Assembly: GCF_016711335.1 (NCBI RefSeq)
Contig: NZ_JADJTF010000001.1
Location: 2,321,401 to 2,385,400 of the forward strand
Direction of reading: 5' to 3'
Source: Thiofilum sp.
GTDB lineage: Bacteria > Pseudomonadota > Gammaproteobacteria > Thiotrichales > Thiotrichaceae
DNA length: 64,000 nucleotides
Both the position numbers and the translations under genes were made by a program. This document shows, piece after piece, positions 60,306-64,000 of this stretch. Position 1 is the stretch's first letter, and every line of letters begins with the position of its first letter. Below the pieces are notes generated by a model. It had not been told where the DNA came from, made no database searches, and saw only the letters and a list, made by a program, of their open reading frames with translations.

Positions 60306-61883
60306 TTATTTGCTCAAGATTATCTGTACATAATCCTGTTGAATGGCTGTCAAATCCGCCCCCATCGGCAAACTCATCACACGCTGCGCTCTATCCTTCG
60401 CAATCGGCGTACAATCCCCACAACACAAATCCCGATAAGCAGGCTGTTCATTCAAAGGCACAGGATAATGCACCGCTGTTGGAATCCCAGCTTCCCTAAA
60501 CCGCGCTTCCACCTCACTGCGGTTTTCCACCAACACCGTATACTGCGCAAACACACTCGTCCGATCATCCCGCTGCTGTATTCGCTGCACCCCAGCCTCA
60601 TCCATTAAGGCATTATACCGCTGCCCAATGACAACCCGCTGCTCCACTTCCCAATCAAACCGTTCCAGCTTCGCCAGCACCACCGCACATTGCAGCGTAT
60701 CCATCCGCCCACCCACACCCACACGGGTATGGTAATAACGCCGACTCTGCCCATGAATCCGAATCTCCCGACAAGCCTGATAAATGGCATCATCATCGGT
60801 AAAAATCGCCCCACCATCCCCATAACAACCCAAGGGCTTACTCGGAAAAAAACTAGTACAACCAATCGTAGAAAGATGACAACTCTTCCTACCCTTATAC
60901 GTCGCCCCGAAACTCTGCGCTGCATCCTCAATCACTGGCAAATTATACTTCGCCGCAATCGCATTAATCTCATCCATATCCGCAGGTTGACCATACAAAC
61001 TCACTGGCATAATCGCCTTAGTCCGTTCAGTAATTTTAGCCTCAATCAAACCCGCATCCATATTACAAGTATCTGGCTCAATATCCACAAACACCGGCTT
61101 TGCACCCAACAACACAATCACCTCAGCCGTCGCCACAAAGGTAAACGGCGTGGTAATCACCTCATCCCCCGCACCAATCCCCAATGCCATCAAGCTGATC
61201 AACAAGGCTTCCGTGCCACTGGCCACCGTAATGCAATGCTTCGCACCCGTATAAGCGGCGAGCTTCTTTTCCAGTAGTTCCACTTCTGGCCCCATGATAT
61301 ACGTGCCATGTTGCAAAACCGCATGAATATTACGCTGTAATTGCGGACGGATGGCACGTTGCTGGACAGCCAAATCAATAAACGGCATCTTTTCTGGCTT
61401 TTTTGACCATGCTGCCAAACCTTGCTCCAGTAACTCTTTCGGATGCAAGGCAAGTATCTTTGAGGATTTCAAAAACCACTTATCACGGGTGATAATGACC
61501 GGGTTAGGCAAATACTGCTCTGCCAGAAAACCAATTAACTGATCTTCCAGATCATCCCCGACCTCAGCATCCAGCGTAGCCAACTCATCCCCCACTTGTG
61601 GCAGTGGCTTGAGCAAGCTACTCAATTCTTGTAACAAGACACGAGCCGCCTGAATCGATTCACGCCGATTCTGAGCATCTTTTGCCAAGGCACGCTCAAG
61701 CAAGTAATACACCGTACTCAAGGTATGGGGTGCATACCAAGCCTCTACTTCACCATTACGTACCAACTCCAGCACGCTCACCGCATCTGCGTAATAAGCC
61801 CCGCGTGCAGCCAAAGCATCAACCAAGACATTGGTATCAAAAACGAGCTGTATTTGAGTGTGTTTATAGCTATTAACGACCAA
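60306..61883 (-). CDS. In-frame fusion ORF: N-terminal PIN-domain (VapC-like) plus C-terminal WbpE-like UDP-2-acetamido-2-deoxy-3-oxo-D-glucuronate aminotransferase
   Basis: N-terminus LVFDTNVLVDAL...LEDQLIGFLAEQ...ITRDKWFLK (four PIN acidic positions). From MPFIDLAVQQRAI onward near-colinear with WbpE (LQHGTYIMGPEVELLEKKLAAYTGAKHC ... DAAQSFGATYKGRKSC ... FFPSKPLGCYGDGGAIFT). The junction contains a T6 run (61399-61404); one extra base would create a stop just after the WbpE ATG. Confidence 0.6.
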   Translation of the reverse strand: MVVNSYKHTQIQLVFDTNVLVDALAARGAYYADAVSVLELVRNGEVEAWYAPHTLSTVYYLLERALAKDAQNRRESIQAARVLLQELSSLLKPLPQVGDELATLDAEVGDDLEDQLIGFLAEQYLPNPVIITRDKWFLKSSKILALHPKELLEQGLAAWSKKPEKMPFIDLAVQQRAIRPQLQRNIHAVLQHGTYIMGPEVELLEKKLAAYTGAKHCITVASGTEALLISLMALGIGAGDEVITTPFTFVATAEVIVLLGAKPVFVDIEPDTCNMDAGLIEAKITERTKAIMPVSLYGQPADMDEINAIAAKYNLPVIEDAAQSFGATYKGRKSCHLSTIGCTSFFPSKPLGCYGDGGAIFTDDDAIYQACREIRIHGQSRRYYHTRVGVGGRMDTLQCAVVLAKLERFDWEVEQRVVIGQRYNALMDEAGVQRIQQRDDRTSVFAQYTVLVENRSEVEARFREAGIPTAVHYPVPLNEQPAYRDLCCGDCTPIAKDRAQRVMSLPMGADLTAIQQDYVQIILSK

Positions 61884-62181
61884 AATAACGTTCCTCTAGG
61901 GCATCCTGTAACATTTGCTCATCATCACCAATACTAGAGCTAGGGCGCGTCAAAGCTAATCTACCCAACAGTTGATTTAACCGCTCCTGAAGACTTCCGG
62001 GCTTTGCTGGCGGTACTTTTCCTAATGTTTCAGGTACAGGCAAATCGACGAACCAATCGCGAGCTTCCAGAAGTGCCTCGTCCGGTATTTCCACCTGGTA
62101 GCGCATGGGGGCATCGGGTTTTAAATAAATCGGATGTACAAACTTTACCTGACCGTGTTGAACAATAATTTCTGCTTGCAT
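61873..62181 (-). CDS. DUF104-like putative antitoxin (upstream partner of the PIN domain)
   Basis: ATG at 62181: MQAEIIVQHGQVKFVHPIYLKPDAPMRYQVEIPDEALLE resembles DUF104 antitoxins (VYENGVLKPLE..L.EG..V.V.I). Overlaps the PIN start by 11 nt. Confidence 0.45.
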   Translation of the reverse strand: MQAEIIVQHGQVKFVHPIYLKPDAPMRYQVEIPDEALLEARDWFVDLPVPETLGKVPPAKPGSLQERLNQLLGRLALTRPSSSIGDDEQMLQDALEERYFGR

Positions 62182-62191
62182 GGTATTATCC

Positions 62192-62767
62192 TTACGTTGT
62201 GACCTGACCCGCTTTAAGCATATAGGCTTTGCCGGTATGCGGGCAAATTGCCATCCCGTCACCGGTCAGTGGCAAATCCAGTTTTTCACCGTGTTCGCTC
62301 ATCCAGCCAATCTGTTTGGCAGGTACACCCACCATCAGCGCGTAAGCAGGTACATCTTTGTTAACAACAGTACCTGCACCGATAAAGGCAAATTCTCCAA
62401 TGGTAACACCACAAACGATGGTACAGTTAGCCCCTAACGTTGCACCACGTTTGACTAGGGTATTGCGGTATTCATCCTTACGCTCCACTAATGCCCGTGG
62501 GTTATAAACATTGGTAAATACCATGCTAGGGCCGCAAAACACTCCATCTTCCAGTATTACATTGTCATACACAGAGACATTGTTCTGCACTTTGCATTGA
62601 TTGCCGATCACGACCTTGTTGCCAACGAAGACATTTTGCCCTAGGGATACACCATTACCAATACGAGCACCTCCGCATACATGTGCCCAGTGCCAAACCC
62701 GACTACCGGAACCAATTTGAGCACCTTCATCAACGATAGCAGTGGGGTGGATAAAAATGTCATTCAC
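62192..62767 (-). CDS. wbpD: UDP-2-acetamido-3-amino-2,3-dideoxy-D-glucuronate N-acetyltransferase (WbpD-like, LbH)
   Basis: [49 protein letters not shown] is close to P. aeruginosa WbpD. Confidence 0.75.
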   Translation of the reverse strand: MNDIFIHPTAIVDEGAQIGSGSRVWHWAHVCGGARIGNGVSLGQNVFVGNKVVIGNQCKVQNNVSVYDNVILEDGVFCGPSMVFTNVYNPRALVERKDEYRNTLVKRGATLGANCTIVCGVTIGEFAFIGAGTVVNKDVPAYALMVGVPAKQIGWMSEHGEKLDLPLTGDGMAICPHTGKAYMLKAGQVTT

Positions 62768-62769
62768 AC

Positions 62770-63836
62770 CTAAAACTCCAATGGCAAAGAGATAGTCTTA
62801 CCATCACGTGCCGACAAATAAGCTGCAATCAATAGTTCCAGCGACTTTAGACCTTCACGCCCATCCGTCTCAGGTTCAGCATGACCACGCATTACCTCTA
62901 CTATATTGTTGTAATACAGCGGATGCCCAAAGCCATACACCGAAGTGGTTTCATAATTGGCACTCTGAATGTGTGCATCATAATCACGTGGTTCGTCAAA
63001 CTGCCATAGCTGAATGTCGTTAACCGCAACTCCACCAATGCGTACTGTGCCTTTATCACCTAAGATCGTGATTGAACCTTCTAAGTTTTTGGGATAAGTC
63101 AGCATAGTAACTGCCATAGAACCTAGTACCCATTGCGCCAGCGCACGTTTAATACGCCCGTATCTTCCACCTCAATATCACGGGTGGTGCTGGTCATGGC
63201 TTGAACTTTATCTACTGGACCTATGAGCCAATCTAATAAATCAACATAATGGCTAGCTTGATTCATGAATGCACCGCCATCGAATTCCCATGTACCTCGC
63301 CAGCCATTACCTTGGTCATAGTAGGATTGAGGACGCGTCCAAAATACATTGAGATGCACCATGTGAATTTTGCCGAAACGTCTTTCCTCAGTGGCGCGTT
63401 TGAGTAATTGTAAGGTGGTATTGCGGCGGTTCTGCTTGACTACAAATAACCGAACGCCTGCCTCATCACAGGCTTTTACCATGCGTACCCCATCAGACCA
63501 ACGAGTAGCCATCGGCTTTTCAGTGATGACATGTACACCGTATTTGGCAGCTAATACAGCTTGGTCGGGATGTAGACCACTGGGTGTACATAACGCCACC
63601 AGATCAGGTTGGTGGCGCTGTAACATGTCTTCCATACGAAGGTACGCGGGTACATCGAAGCGCTCTGCATAAGGAGCTGATTGAGTAGGATCAATATCAC
63701 AAACAGCGACTAGCTCCAGATCTTGTTGATGCTGCTCAATAGAGCCAAAATGATTTTTGGCAATACGCCCGCAACCTACAACAGCTATGCGGATTTTACG
63801 GTCAGTAATGGTAGGGAACATAGTTATAGACGCCAT
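62770..63836 (-). CDS. wbpB: UDP-N-acetyl-2-amino-2-deoxy-D-glucuronate oxidase (WbpB-like, Gfo/Idh/MocA); frame broken near 63130-63135
   Basis: N-terminal [16 protein letters not shown] (Rossmann); C-terminal [30 protein letters not shown] ... [13 protein letters not shown] ... [22 protein letters not shown]. The two ORFs (63123..63836 and 62770..63117) join as RWRNG|[14 protein letters not shown] if one G is added at the ggg run. Confidence 0.7.
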
Positions 63837-64000
63837 ACGGTAATGTGAAGTGCCTGCAAAGCAGCAGGATCGTATAGAGATTTGATGTCAGTGAGTACCG
63901 GTTTACTACCCCGTAGCAATGCATGCAATTCTTGTGGCTTCAGTTTAGTAAATTCTTGGTGCGCTACAGCAACAATTAAGGCATCAACAGGAGCTTGAGG
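63824..64000 (-). CDS. wbpA: UDP-N-acetyl-D-glucosamine 6-dehydrogenase (WbpA-like) C-terminus (3' partial in window)
   Basis: Minus-strand translation ...[58 protein letters not shown] is a typical nucleotide-sugar dehydrogenase C-terminal tail. Stop overlaps the wbpB start by 13 nt. Confidence 0.6.
   Translation of the reverse strand, partial: PQAPVDALIVAVAHQEFTKLKPQELHALLRGSKPVLTDIKSLYDPAALQALHITVWRL

Noticed and set aside
60339-61542. Multiple 60-195-aa ORFs in other frames and on the opposite strand across the PIN-WbpE gene (for example 60690..61277 +, 60605..60931 -)
   Set aside because: They overlap a strongly conserved aminotransferase frame and show repetitive R/P/H-rich composition, so they are shadow ORFs.

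Overview
This 64-kb window is a gammaproteobacterial chromosomal segment, about 45-50 % GC by eye, possibly from a sulfur-oxidising Thiotrichales-like organism (inference only). It has a housekeeping and accessory left half and a large cell-surface polysaccharide/O-antigen locus in the right half. No rRNA, tRNA or CRISPR array was found.

Left half (1-32 kb):
- a rhodanese start, then a DUF4266/DUF3570/ApbE flavinylation-type cluster
- PhnA-like zinc-ribbon protein, a DEDDh exonuclease and a GNAT gene with a decayed 5' duplicate
- a ModE-like regulator with modA and modB but no modC
- Rep helicase, an EamA transporter and a Sel1-repeat protein
- a complete IS4-family insertion sequence with terminal inverted repeats and a 7-bp target duplication that splits a roughly 539-aa TIR-domain gene in frame; an Rpn-family nuclease sits next to it
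- BolA
- a Bat-type aerotolerance operon (MoxR AAA, DUF58, DUF4381, BatA, BatB, BatD)
- a second, uncharacterised AAA+ with a VWA/HExxH-peptidase pair and a CX5R phosphatase
- ftsB-ispD-(flavodoxin-like, DUF2069)-ispF

Right half (32-64 kb):
- O-antigen ligase, then a Wzc-like tyrosine kinase with tandem-repeat coiled coils, a Wza-like exporter, a PHP tyrosine phosphatase and ComEA
- a PglF/WbpM-like dehydratase flanked by two Uma2 (DUF820) endonuclease paralogs and a DUF29 gene, with a roughly 100-bp decayed copy of their 5' ends and a truncated epimerase remnant
- a PglE/PglC-like aminotransferase and sugar-transferase pair
- a visibly AT-rich block (about 47.0-60.3 kb) carrying rmlA/rmlB, FdtA/FdtC/FdtB, a WecE-like transaminase with an LbH acetyltransferase and a WecF-like transferase, wecB, Wzx, Wzy, GT2 and GT4
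- a wbpA-wbpB-wbpD-wbpE operon with an embedded DUF104-like antitoxin and a PIN-domain gene fused in frame to WbpE

Three frameshifts, in the IS transposase, BatD and WbpB, all sit at C/G homopolymer runs. This points to systematic homopolymer sequencing error rather than true pseudogenes.
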